Numbered from the stretch's first letter, positions 1-9,976 are shown. The stretch: 32,000 nt of DNA from Candidatus Saccharimonadota bacterium (GCF_013365475.1 NZ_CP046579.1:180001-212000); one strand, 5' to 3'. Notes: generated by a model from the letters alone, not told the origin. Translations and numbers: made by a program.

Positions 1-1
1 A

Positions 2-373
2 ATGCTTGGAGCAAAAATATGCTTGATTGCACCACCGACTTTGATTTGCAGACATTTTTATGAAGTAGATTCAATTTATTATTCATTGGTTGAAGGCATA
101 AAAGGTGCTGATGTAATTATGCTTTTGAGGTTGCAGAAAGAGCGCATGAATAATGGATGCTTTATTTCTTCAGAGAGAGAATATTTTCATTTGTATGGTC
201 TTGATTCACAGAAGTTGTCATATGCAAAACCAGATGTGATTGTTATGCATCCAGGACCAATGAATAGAGGAGTTGAAATTAGCAGCGATATAGCAGATTG
301 TGTTATTTTACAACAGATTGAGTTTGGATTGGCAATACGCAAAGCTGTGCTACATTATTATAATTCTTGCTAA
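2..373 (+). CDS. pyrB: aspartate carbamoyltransferase catalytic subunit, C-terminal part (5' end lies outside the window)
   Basis: The ORF is open to the window edge. ...DVIVMHPGPMNRGVEISSDIAD... matches the ATCase C-terminal HPxPxNRGxEI region. Confidence 0.85.
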   Translation: MLGAKICLIAPPTLICRHFYEVDSIYYSLVEGIKGADVIMLLRLQKERMNNGCFISSEREYFHLYGLDSQKLSYAKPDVIVMHPGPMNRGVEISSDIADCVILQQIEFGLAIRKAVLHYYNSC

Positions 374-426
374 TACCAAAAAAATGTGTAACCCTATAAA
401 GCTTATACTTGGTTAGTATGACCTCC

Positions 427-475
427 ACACACGAGGAGTTACCGCATTTAAGCAGTAGCTCTTTGTGTGTTTGTT
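427..475 (+). terminator. long imperfect hairpin plus short T-rich tail downstream of pyrB (candidate intrinsic terminator)
   Basis: ACACACGAGGAG (427-438) pairs with CTCTTTGTGTGT (459-470): 12 bp including 2 G:U pairs. The inner pair TACCGC/GCAGTA extends the stem. It is followed by TTGTT and starts 54 nt after the pyrB stop. Confidence 0.4.
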
Positions 476-961
476 AGATGCAATTCTACTTATGGTAGAT
501 TAAGCGCTTCTGTAATTGAGTACTTTGTGTTAAGTTTTTCTTTAAATATGAGTTATATTCTTGGTATTGCTTCTCAATTTTCGTTAGTTATAGCGGCGAA
601 TCTATAGCTATTAGCACTTTGTTACCTCAATGAAGGCTGCATCTTCATGTAGTATTGAAAGCTTTTTTGCATCACAGTCATAAATTATGAATTTACTGTT
701 TCTTTTAATAGAATTTATCTTTCTGCAAGGTACTAACTTTATAATTTAGTGCATGTAGCTTGGCTAAAACTTTAATAAGGAAATTGCTTCTCTATTCTTC
801 AGTATTGTTGAACGAGGCTTTTATGTTACTATAAAGTGTAGTAATGTTTACCTATGCTTTTTCCTTAAAGCTTGGTCATAGTAGAGCTCTTTTCTGTTCT
901 TATGTTATTCCTTTTAACTAACACAGTTTTCTGCTCTTAATTTATTAAAGTATTTCTTTTT

Positions 962-2265
962 TTAAGATGTTTCTAGACTCCGAAACAGATTAATAGAATA
1001 AACTTTAGATATATCTTCAAGTTCTTCTTTTGAAATGCCAAGTTGTAATTTGTCTCCTTTATCAACTACTGTTTATTGTTCAGCTTGAGTGGTAAAACCT
1101 AATGTTCTTATCTTCAGCACTTGAAGTTGGTCCTTACCAAATTAGAAAATAGCCTTCCTTTTTGAATTGTCTTTGCTTCACCTTAGATAGGGCGTTCTCA
1201 TCAGATCCTTAAAATAAAGGAAACCATTCAGAGTTTTTCTATATTCTGTTCTGCATAAGCAAGCTATCAAAAAATTTGGATAAGTTTATTCAAATATGTG
1301 TGATATATTGTACCTGTTCAATAAGGATTATTGACTTCTTTAATTATCATTCTAGGGAGGCAAGGCTCTCTTATACCTATCACAAACTAATTTTGCAAAA
1401 TTATAAATTGTTTTCTTTCTGTTAATTATGTAATATCCTCTGCTAAACCTTTTATAAAAACCTGCAAGATCCGACTTAAAAGTTAAATGAAATATTAATG
1501 TATAACAAATTCATGCTTAATAATATAATTATAATTGCTGATATAATTATTGTTTGAAGGCAGTATAACACCACATGGTATATGAGTATTGCAGCTACTA
1601 TTTGAACATTTTTGATATCTTTTCTTTTCTCAAGTAAGAATGATCTGAAGTTAGAAACGTTCCATATGGTAAAAGTAGATTATTACCACCTTTCTTCATT
1701 CCAAGGATTCTATCAGAGGGTTTTAAAGTGCTTTCTAAAGTCTTAAGAAGACTTTCATTTGATGGTGACATCATCGTTTTTGTTAGTGAGATCTATAAAT
1801 TTTTGTTCTGAAATAAATCATGTGAAAGTCAAATTCATTGTTAGCATTTAAAGTTATTTTACTATAAAATGGTAAATCTGTTTCTTACTCATAGGACTTG
1901 ATTAATTTTGTTTCTTCCTAAGATTTTCCTCATTGTCTTTCAAGTTCACTCTTTGTTGGGTGTTATGTCATATTTATTATACATTTTTAATTTGATTACT
2001 AATACTAGTGAGTACAAGTTACTCAGAGACTTTCATGTATAAAATATTATATTTTTCATCTGCTATATTCTTTATTTTCTAGATCTCTAAGATACTCTAT
2101 ACATGCTTTATTGATAATCTTCTTCTGAGAATTCCTTAGCTCCTCCACATTATCACTCAGACTTTTTCTTGTATGTTCTTCAATTTTTCCTTTCAAGCAA
2201 TTGAAGAGCATCCAACATAATAAGCTTCTTGCACATGAATCTATAAATGCATTATAGTTTAACTA
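962..2265 (-). pseudogene. probable remnants of one or more decayed protein-coding genes (family not identified)
   Basis: Hand translation of the minus strand. One frame (965-1285) spans 107 codons with only 3 in-frame stops. There is an ATG-initiated 58-aa ORF at 1598-1774 (MMSPSNESLLKTLE...). There is a 68-codon stop-to-stop frame at 2059-2262 (...KGKIEEHTRKSLSDNVEELRNSQKKIINKACIEYLRDLENKEYSR). The plus strand is T-rich, as expected for the antisense of A-rich coding sequence. Confidence 0.3.
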
Positions 2266-2831
2266 GTCTTGATAATTTGATAGTTGATTAAGTTTGCTTT
2301 TATACATGAAACTATAACATTGACTTTATCAGCATATATTTATAGATACAGTTTCTTGATAAGTTCATTTTATAATTTAAAACGTTTTGTCTCTCTATAT
2401 AAGAATAGTAGCTAATCTGTTACGAACAAATGTATGCTATTTTTTCTAAAAGGTCGTTTATCCCAAATGAGGAAGGATTGTTTTTTCAAATTAGTTCGTA
2501 ATATGCATGATCATTATAGTCTTGCATTCTCAATAAGTTGAAATTGTTTACTATACTTTTGCTTATTGCTTGTAATTTATCTTTATATAGCTTAGTGCTG
2601 CTATTTCGTTTTAATATATGACTACTTATGTTTTGTGTTCTGTTTTGTATTTAGTTTTCAAATATATGTTTCAACTTTAACATGATCTCACAAAGGAAAC
2701 ACAAATTTCTATTTTAGCAAGAAGATGTAAATAGTTGATCTATGTAAACTCATAGAGTTTAGCTAAAGTTCTACATCTAGATTGCTAAATTATATTAGAT
2801 AGGATAACATATATAATACTTGAAAAGTAAA

Positions 2832-2861
2832 TTGACTTTCATTATGCTAAAGAACTATACT
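2832..2861 (+). promoter_or_regulatory. candidate sigma70-type promoter for tRNA-Val (and probably the downstream CDF gene)
   Basis: TTGACT (2832-2837), an 18-nt spacer, then TATACT (2856-2861). The -10 element ends 11 nt before the tRNA 5' end. Confidence 0.4.
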
Positions 2862-2872
2862 AAAATAACAAT

Positions 2873-2945
2873 GGGTAACTAGCTCAGTTGGTGGAGCACT
2901 TGCTTGACGTGCAAAAGGTCACTGGTTCGAGCCCAGTGTTACCCA
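2873..2945 (+). tRNA. tRNA-Val (anticodon GAC)
   Basis: 73-nt cloverleaf folded by hand. Acceptor GGGTAAC/GTTACCC, D stem GCTC/GAGC, anticodon loop TTGACGT, T arm ACTGG-TTCGAGC-CCAGT, discriminator A. No CCA is encoded. Confidence 0.93.
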
Positions 2946-2954
2946 CTTTTATCC

Positions 2955-3866
2955 ATGAAAAGGTTTTATATGATATCAGTGCACAATGGCAAACATTCAG
3001 CAGCAGAGTCTGAGCGCTTAATTCGTTCTATAATAATAGTTGCAATAACAATGTTTATGGAAATAGTTGGCGGAATAATTTCACATTCACTTGCTCTATT
3101 ATCAGACGCAGGGCATATGCTTATTGATCTCTTTGCTTTAGTTTTGAGTTGGATAGCGCATAAATTTTCATCCAAAAAGTCTGATCTGCAAAGATCATAT
3201 GGGTATCACAGGCTACAGATAATTGCAGCATTTGTCAATGGCTTAACTTTATTCTTCATTTCACTGATTATTATAATAGAGTCAATAAAGAGATTTGTTT
3301 TTCCAGTCAATATCGAATGGAAAATAATGTTAATTATTGCTACACTTGGACTGATTGCCAATGTCGTAGTTTTTTTTATATTGCATAGTAAGTGTGAAAG
3401 CAATATAAACATAAAAAGTGCTGTATTACACGTTATAGGTGATATTTTGGGCTCTGTGGCTGCTATACTTGCATCAATAATTATTATGCTAACCGAGTGG
3501 CAAATAGTAGATCCTATTTTATCAGTATTTGTTAGTGTAGTGATTCTAAGCAGTGGCTATAAGATTCTTAAAAATTCTTGTCATATTCTTCTTGAGGGTA
3601 CTCCTGAAGGAGTGTCAGCCGAAGGGATAAAAAGCGAGATTGTATCTAGGCTACCTGAAGTTATTGACGTGCACCACATACATGCATGGTCATTGTCTGA
3701 TAATTATTTTATAATTACCATGCATGCTAAGGTAAGACAAGATGCACAACACACTGATATTTTATATGAGATAAAAAAAATGCTATTAAATAAGTTTGAA
3801 ATTGCGCATTCCACAGTTGAGATTGAATATGATGAATGTGCGGATGATAAGATATTGAAGATATAG
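2955..3866 (+). CDS. cation diffusion facilitator (CDF) family divalent-metal efflux transporter
   Basis: ...FMEIVGGIISHSLALLSDAGHMLIDL..., ...HVIGDILGSVAAI... and a C-terminal ...VHHIHAWSLS... are typical CzcD/ZitB-type CDF motifs, with 6 predicted TM segments. The track ORF start (2904) lies inside tRNA-Val. The real start is ATG 2955 or ATG 2970. Confidence 0.85.
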   Translation: MKRFYMISVHNGKHSAAESERLIRSIIIVAITMFMEIVGGIISHSLALLSDAGHMLIDLFALVLSWIAHKFSSKKSDLQRSYGYHRLQIIAAFVNGLTLFFISLIIIIESIKRFVFPVNIEWKIMLIIATLGLIANVVVFFILHSKCESNINIKSAVLHVIGDILGSVAAILASIIIMLTEWQIVDPILSVFVSVVILSSGYKILKNSCHILLEGTPEGVSAEGIKSEIVSRLPEVIDVHHIHAWSLSDNYFIITMHAKVRQDAQHTDILYEIKKMLLNKFEIAHSTVEIEYDECADDKILKI

Positions 3867-5168
3867 CTCAATGTAATGTTGTCATCAGTATATGGACTTA
3901 AATCGGGAGAGGCTTGGGTACCTACCCTAAAAAGGGTTTCCAAGTGCTGAAAACGAGATTCAGTAGTCAAGTTATCTAAAATTTATCTAGAGCTCCTTGT
4001 CCCTACCATGCATAAAATAGTTGTTTTGAGTATTTAATGTTCCTTTTTGTTGATTATATAAGCAAATCTATTAATGAGGCATGTAAAAACATCTCTTCTA
4101 GAGAATGACAAATAAAAAGTGCTAGTAATTATATTTTTATCAATGAAGGTTTCTGGTCTTCAGAAGATAGAAGAGTTTGCTAATTATAATAGGAAATTTT
4201 CTTACATTGACTTGAACATAACCCATGAAATATTGAAAAATATTATTTTCAAGCTAAATGATAAAGATATAGATAAAGTAACTAGAAATGTAGAATTATT
4301 ACATAAACTTTATTAATATTCAATACTGTGTTCTGAGTATCTTTATTAGTAATAGCAAAAACAATACTAGTGATAATTACAGTAGTGTTATGATATCTCA
4401 ATATAATAATGATTTATAATTGCTTGTTGTTCAATAAGAAACAGGTCCTATTGTTTTGGATGATGGAAAAGTATCTGCAAAAGCTGTTGAGGTACCTCAA
4501 CAGTAGTTGGTGCCTCTCTTAGAGTAAGATAAGTAATAGAAATAAAAGGCTGAAAGAGTTATGTGGCTTGTGGGTACAACAAATACCTTTCTAGTACTAG
4601 AGCACTTGTATAATGTAGTAAACTTATTAATGTAATAGATATGTAATCATATGGTTTAGTTTTCAACTATGGTCTTAAGTTTAGGTACATGTTATAAATA
4701 ATTAGTAAGTGATAGTTTATTTTACCTCTGATACATATAAAGCAATAAAAATTCCAATTACATCTAATTAACAAAATGAACAGTATGACGGTGAGTATTG
4801 AGTTATAATTTACCTAACCGATCTGATGCAGGCAAAGTATTTATGGATATATAACTTTATTAGGAATTACTATACTAAAGTTCCAAGTATGGAATGCATA
4901 GCACATTATAGTAAGATAAAGTTAGGCAGACGCTTCAATTATTAAAATCAAACAAGTAAATTTCTGTTAAAAGAGATAAGGTATGATGATTAGTAGCTTT
5001 ATAAAGCATTAAAAAATAAGTAAAACCTTAAAGGTCTGTTTCATTGTAGTTTTAGAAAACTAGCTAATAATGTGATGCAATATGGGATGTGTTACCTTTT
5101 GGAAATATGAGTTATGTAATTGTTGTTTTTCTGATACAAAAAAGACAATAGTCTATCATTAATCTCTG

Positions 5169-5975
5169 CTAGAAGTTAAATGCCAAGCCTACCCCAATAC
5201 TGTGGGTAGATATATCATCTGCGATAGGTATTGGAGTGCTAAAGTAACGGTAACCAAAGAAGGATTTGACTTCTGAGGTTATTGAGTAATCAAAACCAAG
5301 CTTTACTTGATAAGCAAACCAAGGAATATTCAGTGGCATTAAATTCTGTGATGATCCATTAACTTTCCTTAGTCTAAAAATCTCTGGTCCTATGCCAAGA
5401 CTAATGTATGGTGCAATTTTTACACATTGAATACTAGGGGTATAATAAATATTTAATAAAAATGCAAATATACCAGCTGAGCTGTCAAGCATTGTAGTAG
5501 AATTGCCGTTTTTAATATTAAACTTAGAATATATAACTTCAAAATCAACTTGGCCGTTTCTTCCAGCATAGTAACCTAGAGATATGCTGTTAAGCCACTG
5601 AAAATTAATTTCACCATCAAATTTTTTTACACTTTCAATTTCATCCGCAACTATATTTTTTATTATAGCATCATAACGCCTTTCAACTAGGGTAAATACC
5701 CTCTCTCCAATTGCTTTTATGCCATTTACAAATGGCTTTGAGTTATCAGAGTATATCTTACCACTATTAATGCTGATATAAAAATCAAGTTTCATGTCTT
5801 TAACTGGTACAATCTTTTTTTTATGAGATTTCCCATATTCAGGACATAAAGATTCTTCTGTATGGATTGAGTTTTTTACACATTGTTTATTGCCTGAGCA
5901 ACTTTCATTAGTATGAGCAGAAAAAATAGTGCATAAAGTTAACAATACGTAGAAAACAATGGATTTTCTAGTCAT
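5169..5975 (-). CDS. outer membrane beta-barrel protein of the WSP / OMP-1 / P28 / MSP superfamily (Surface_Ag_2-like), singleton paralog
   Basis: N-terminal signal peptide (MTRKSIVFYVLLTLCTIFSA). Blocks FYISINSGK, LGYYAGRNGQVDFEVIYSKFN, LLNIYY...IAPYISLGIGPE, FAYQVKLGFDYSITSEVKSFFGYRYF and the C-terminal GVGLAFNF align by eye with WSP and P28 proteins. Confidence 0.78.
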   Translation of the reverse strand: MTRKSIVFYVLLTLCTIFSAHTNESCSGNKQCVKNSIHTEESLCPEYGKSHKKKIVPVKDMKLDFYISINSGKIYSDNSKPFVNGIKAIGERVFTLVERRYDAIIKNIVADEIESVKKFDGEINFQWLNSISLGYYAGRNGQVDFEVIYSKFNIKNGNSTTMLDSSAGIFAFLLNIYYTPSIQCVKIAPYISLGIGPEIFRLRKVNGSSQNLMPLNIPWFAYQVKLGFDYSITSEVKSFFGYRYFSTPIPIADDISTHSIGVGLAFNF

Positions 5976-6028
5976 GAATAAATTTGAAATTTGTGATGTT
6001 ACTATACACTATTCTTAATATTAAAAAA

Positions 6029-7255
6029 TCAAGAAAGAATAGTTCCAATTAAATAATCTTTTTCCATTCCTATGATATTAACATTCACAATACTTTTAGC
6101 TTCAGCTTTTGATAGAATCTTCACTAGTGCAAAGTTCTCTGCTCTGCCAATATTATTCTGTTCAACCAAAACACTTTGTTTAGTCCCTATCAAAGATTGA
6201 TAAAAGTTACACATTATTTCTTTATTTACTTCTATCAAGTTTTTTGTCCGTTCTTTACGCACATTCCCCGGTACCTGCGGCATTAGTGCTGCAGGTGTGT
6301 TCTTTCGCCTTGAGTATGGAAAAGCATGTAGATAAACTATGTTTGCTTCCTTTAGGAGATTGATTGTGTCCTGAAACATTTCATCTGTTTCTGTTGGGAA
6401 TCCTGCAATAATATCAGCACCAAATGCTATATCAGGCCTTAGACTTTTTACTTTGTGACAAAATTCTATCGCTTGCTCTCTGCTATGACGACGTTTCATT
6501 CTTTTTAAAATTAAATTATTACCAGATTGTAAACTTAGGTGCAAATGCGGTGTAAATCTTGATTCATTGCCTATTAAGTCCATCAATTCTTCGTCGATTT
6601 CAGCAATATCAATAGAGGAAAGCCTAAGCCTCTTTAATTCTGGAATATCCTTTAAGACTCTTCTGATCATTGAACCAAGTGAAGGTTTGCCAAATAGATC
6701 TTTACCAAAATCAGTAATATCAACTCCTGTAAACACTACTTCCTGATAATTATTTGCTATAAGAGCCTTAATTTGCTCAATAATGCTACTTATTGGTATA
6801 GATCTATTGTTCCCTCTTGCCTTGGTAATTGAACAAAATGTGCAGCTATGATTACAGCCATTTTGGATTTCGATAAATGCTCTTGACTTATCCTTGAATT
6901 TATTAACTAGGAGAGTACCTTCTTTGTTATTACTGGCTAATATCTCATCATCACCTAGCAAATAACTTGCAGCTTTTAGCTTATTCTGATTGTCCAATAC
7001 TTTACTTACACCTGGAATACTGCTATATGATTTAGGGTCTAATTGAACTGCACAGCCAACTACAATAATCTCTTTACTTGGGTCATTTTTATGAATATTA
7101 CGTATTTTTTGCTTCACCTGACGTTCTGCTTCATTTGTCACTGCACAACTATGTACTACAATTACATTTTTTCTCTTTGCTTTTCTTAGTGCTTCCTTAA
7201 TTAATTCACTTTCATAGAAATTTAGACGACAACCAAATGTTACTACTTCATTCAT
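6029..7255 (-). CDS. mtaB: radical-SAM methylthiotransferase, MtaB-like (tRNA ms2t6A37 formation)
   Basis: N-terminal UPF0004-type TFGCRLNFYESE, radical-SAM CNHSCTFCS (CxxxCxxC), and about 408 aa, the size typical of MtaB rather than MiaB. Confidence 0.78.
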   Translation of the reverse strand: MNEVVTFGCRLNFYESELIKEALRKAKRKNVIVVHSCAVTNEAERQVKQKIRNIHKNDPSKEIIVVGCAVQLDPKSYSSIPGVSKVLDNQNKLKAASYLLGDDEILASNNKEGTLLVNKFKDKSRAFIEIQNGCNHSCTFCSITKARGNNRSIPISSIIEQIKALIANNYQEVVFTGVDITDFGKDLFGKPSLGSMIRRVLKDIPELKRLRLSSIDIAEIDEELMDLIGNESRFTPHLHLSLQSGNNLILKRMKRRHSREQAIEFCHKVKSLRPDIAFGADIIAGFPTETDEMFQDTINLLKEANIVYLHAFPYSRRKNTPAALMPQVPGNVRKERTKNLIEVNKEIMCNFYQSLIGTKQSVLVEQNNIGRAENFALVKILSKAEAKSIVNVNIIGMEKDYLIGTILS

Positions 7256-7438
7256 ACTAAAATTTAATAGGTTTTATGACTTTATTACACTAAATACTGA
7301 GTGAGTTACTGGATTATCAACTACAATAAATAACCACTGTTTTATCACTAACTTATACCCTTGTGGTTCAACTAGATTTGAATATCAACATGTTGAATCA
7401 TTTGATACTTATCATGAATAACTAATGTTGGGCTCATT

Positions 7439-7792
7439 TTAGTTATTTACAACCTTTGGAACTACAAAATATCCATGCTCAGATTTTGTATTGGATAGTA
7501 TTTCTTCTTTAGTACTTTGAGGATTAACAATATCATTGTGTACATGGATATTCTTTTCTATAGCACCATAACGTACAGGAGAAATATTCTCAGTATTCAC
7601 TTGTAACAAAGTATCATATATCCAATCAAGCATGGTTAACTCCTTAGAGTAGTGCTCAGTTTCATCATTTGATAACTTAATTCTCACAAGTTTTGCAACT
7701 TTAAGCATCTCTTTCTTGGTAATTGTTACTTTTCTCTTGTTGACAAATTCTATTAGTGAAGTAATTACATCTTCTGTTGACCTAACTGTCAC
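7439..7792 (-). CDS. gatC: Asp/Glu-tRNA(Asn/Gln) amidotransferase subunit C
   Basis: ...ITKKEMLKVAKLVRIKLSNDETEHYSKEL...LQVNTENISPV...GYFVVPKVV matches the GatC pattern. The GTG start at 7792 overlaps the prs stop by 11 nt, so the start is uncertain. Confidence 0.8.
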   Translation of the reverse strand: MTVRSTEDVITSLIEFVNKRKVTITKKEMLKVAKLVRIKLSNDETEHYSKELTMLDWIYDTLLQVNTENISPVRYGAIEKNIHVHNDIVNPQSTKEEILSNTKSEHGYFVVPKVVNN

Positions 7793-8711
7793 CTTTACCT
7801 CCTATGATGAAATGAGTCAAAATACATGCAATTGAAATAACTTCTATTTTACTAGTTTTTTCTAATTTGTGAAGTATGGTATCTGTAATTATTAATTTAT
7901 CTAGAAAGGAAGAAGATATTTTTTCAATTGCATTTCCTGAAAATACACTATGTGTTATACATGAAATTACAGACCTTGCTCCTTGACTTTTTAAAGCAGA
8001 AGCTGCATTACATAATGTTCCACCAGAGTCAACTATATCATCAACAATAACACAATTTTTATTTGTTACCTCCCCAACTATGTTCATTACCTGAGATGTA
8101 CCTGCTTTCTCTCTGTGTTTGTCTATTATAATAATCTCACTGTTCAATTTTATCTTATGTTCTTTTTCTAAAGTATTTGCAAAAGCACGTGCTCTGCCTA
8201 CTGCTCCAATATCAGGTGCAACTATTGCTAAATTCTCTATATGTGGAATAGATTCAGAAAATACTTTAGAGCAACTCAAATTAGTTACAGGTACATCAAA
8301 AAATCCCTCAATTTGGTTTGAATGCAAATCAATAACTGCAACTCCATTTGTACCTGCAGCTTGAATAAGATTTGCGACTAATTTAGCACTAAAAGCGGAT
8401 TGCATATTATTATTTTTAATAATCCTATCTTGTCTACTATAACCATAGTAAGGAATAATTGTTATTATGTTTTTAGCTCCTAATCTTTTTACTGCATCAA
8501 TTGTAAGTAGAAGCTCTATTAGATTATCGTTTGCAGGAGGAGAAATTGACTGTATTATATATACATTTTGATTGTGGATATCTTCTTCCACATACACGCT
8601 CGTCTCACTATCTGTAAACCTTGATACCTGAACATGTGATGGTTGAATATTTAAATTACTAACTATTGATTTCCCTAACTCTTTACTGGCACTGCCTATT
8701 ATTATTTTCAT
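7782..8711 (-). CDS. prs: ribose-phosphate pyrophosphokinase
   Basis: ...YYGYSRQDR..., ...VIDLHSNQIEGFFDVPVTNL... and the PRPP-binding loop ...CVIVDDIVDSGGTL... Confidence 0.93.
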   Translation of the reverse strand: MKIIIGSASKELGKSIVSNLNIQPSHVQVSRFTDSETSVYVEEDIHNQNVYIIQSISPPANDNLIELLLTIDAVKRLGAKNIITIIPYYGYSRQDRIIKNNNMQSAFSAKLVANLIQAAGTNGVAVIDLHSNQIEGFFDVPVTNLSCSKVFSESIPHIENLAIVAPDIGAVGRARAFANTLEKEHKIKLNSEIIIIDKHREKAGTSQVMNIVGEVTNKNCVIVDDIVDSGGTLCNAASALKSQGARSVISCITHSVFSGNAIEKISSSFLDKLIITDTILHKLEKTSKIEVISIACILTHFIIGGKGDS

Positions 8712-9151
8712 AATCTTGTAGCTAAACTTGTAGATTGTAAGATAATAGAAATACGAATTAAATTCAAAAGCTATTTAATAAAATTTTTACTGAGCTCCAT
8801 TTTTATGGGATATTTCATTTGTCTTTGACTTGTACTGGTTTTAAGTGAAGTAGCTATTACTTAGTGCTGAGATCTATCTTTATTAAATAGCTATTGATTG
8901 GATTAAATTCTCTAGATTCAAGCATCATTTAGCATAGGAAATTACTTAAAAATACTGTTAAAATGACATTAAATCTCAGTACTACTCGAACCGCGTTATG
9001 TGGATTGTTTTCATTATAGAAGTAATAAAGAAACAAGTGTTAGTGCTTATTATATTTCATGGTATACTATCAGTATCCATATAGTCGTGGTTCTTGGCAT
9101 GAAGTGCACTTATACTAAAAGTAGTATACAACTTAGATCTAAGGATTATCT

Positions 9152-9976
9152 TTAGAATTCAATATAAAATTTCCCACTACAGATTATTTCCCATTCTTTT
9201 TTAAATTTTTCTAGGTGTACCTTTTTCTCACATTCTAAAAGCAACCCTTCTACACTCTTGTTGTAACTTTCAGTAGTAATTCTTCCTTGGTGGTGCATAA
9301 ATCGTAAGTAGATCAGGTAAGTATTAACTACATCTGTTTCACAATAATTTTGAACTTCTTGTATCTTCCCGCTGTCATATAGTTCCATAACTTGTGACCC
9401 GTTAACTCCAATTTTACCAGGAAGATTAAATGCTGCGCAAACTTCATTCATTTTTACTCTCACAGAAGCTCCGAAATCAGAGAGGTATTCAAGTAAATCA
9501 CAGTGCCAATCACTACTATATCTTTGGTTGTAGCCGTTCCATTTATCACCAGCTTTGTGAAAATACTCTGCTTGAATGCCATGAACCATAGCACGGTATT
9601 TTAATACTGGAATGTCAAAAGTACGTCCGTTGAATGAGACTAATCTTGGTCTTTTTTCAGACATATAATTGAAAAACTCCTTTACTAGTTCTTTCTCACT
9701 GAAATTTAATGTACTTCTAGACCTAATTTCTTGTAATGTGAACACTTCATAACCATCCTTGTAGCTTATATTGCATGATAGAAGACTGATGACTATAACA
9801 TGATGTAGAGGATGGCGAACAAAAGGATTTTGTCCATTTGTCAGTTCAAGGTGGTACTTCATCAATGCATCTCTTCTATCCTTTACATTACTATTGTCAC
9901 TAATGTTAAGTAAGTTTTTGCCAGAATTTACATCTGGTATAGTCTCAATATCAAACACCAATAAAGAGTTAAGCAT
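9152..9976 (-). CDS. predicted 3'-5' exonuclease, DnaQ/PolB-exonuclease-like fold
   Basis: The N-terminal LVFDIETIPD (DxE exo motif I), ...LVSFNGRTFDIPVL... (exo II-like) and ...YCETDVVNTYLIY... (exo III-like) follow the pattern of the PolB-exo-related family conserved in Rickettsiales. It overlaps the era stop by 8 nt. Confidence 0.65.
   Translation of the reverse strand: MLNSLLVFDIETIPDVNSGKNLLNISDNSNVKDRRDALMKYHLELTNGQNPFVRHPLHHVIVISLLSCNISYKDGYEVFTLQEIRSRSTLNFSEKELVKEFFNYMSEKRPRLVSFNGRTFDIPVLKYRAMVHGIQAEYFHKAGDKWNGYNQRYSSDWHCDLLEYLSDFGASVRVKMNEVCAAFNLPGKIGVNGSQVMELYDSGKIQEVQNYCETDVVNTYLIYLRFMHHQGRITTESYNKSVEGLLLECEKKVHLEKFKKEWEIICSGKFYIEF

Noticed and set aside
2904-2954. The N-terminal 17-22 codons of the track ORF 2904..3866 (MTCKRSLVRAQCYPLLS...).
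   Set aside because: This stretch is the 3' half of tRNA-Val read as protein. The CDF transporter starts at ATG 2955 or 2970.
3867-3990. Structured-looking sequence after the CDF gene, considered as SRP RNA, tmRNA or RNase P RNA.
   Set aside because: It lacks the conserved cores: no GGAAG...GCAGC SRP domain IV, no GAGGAAAGTCC P4 element, and no tRNA-like T-arm/ACCA end. It is more simply a weak terminator hairpin.
4486-4501. A perfect 16-bp palindrome GTTGAGGTACCTCAAC, considered as an operator site.
   Set aside because: It is a single copy inside a decayed tract with no adjacent gene to regulate. By my rough estimate, one or two such palindromes may arise by chance in 32 kb. It is noted under the tract finding only.
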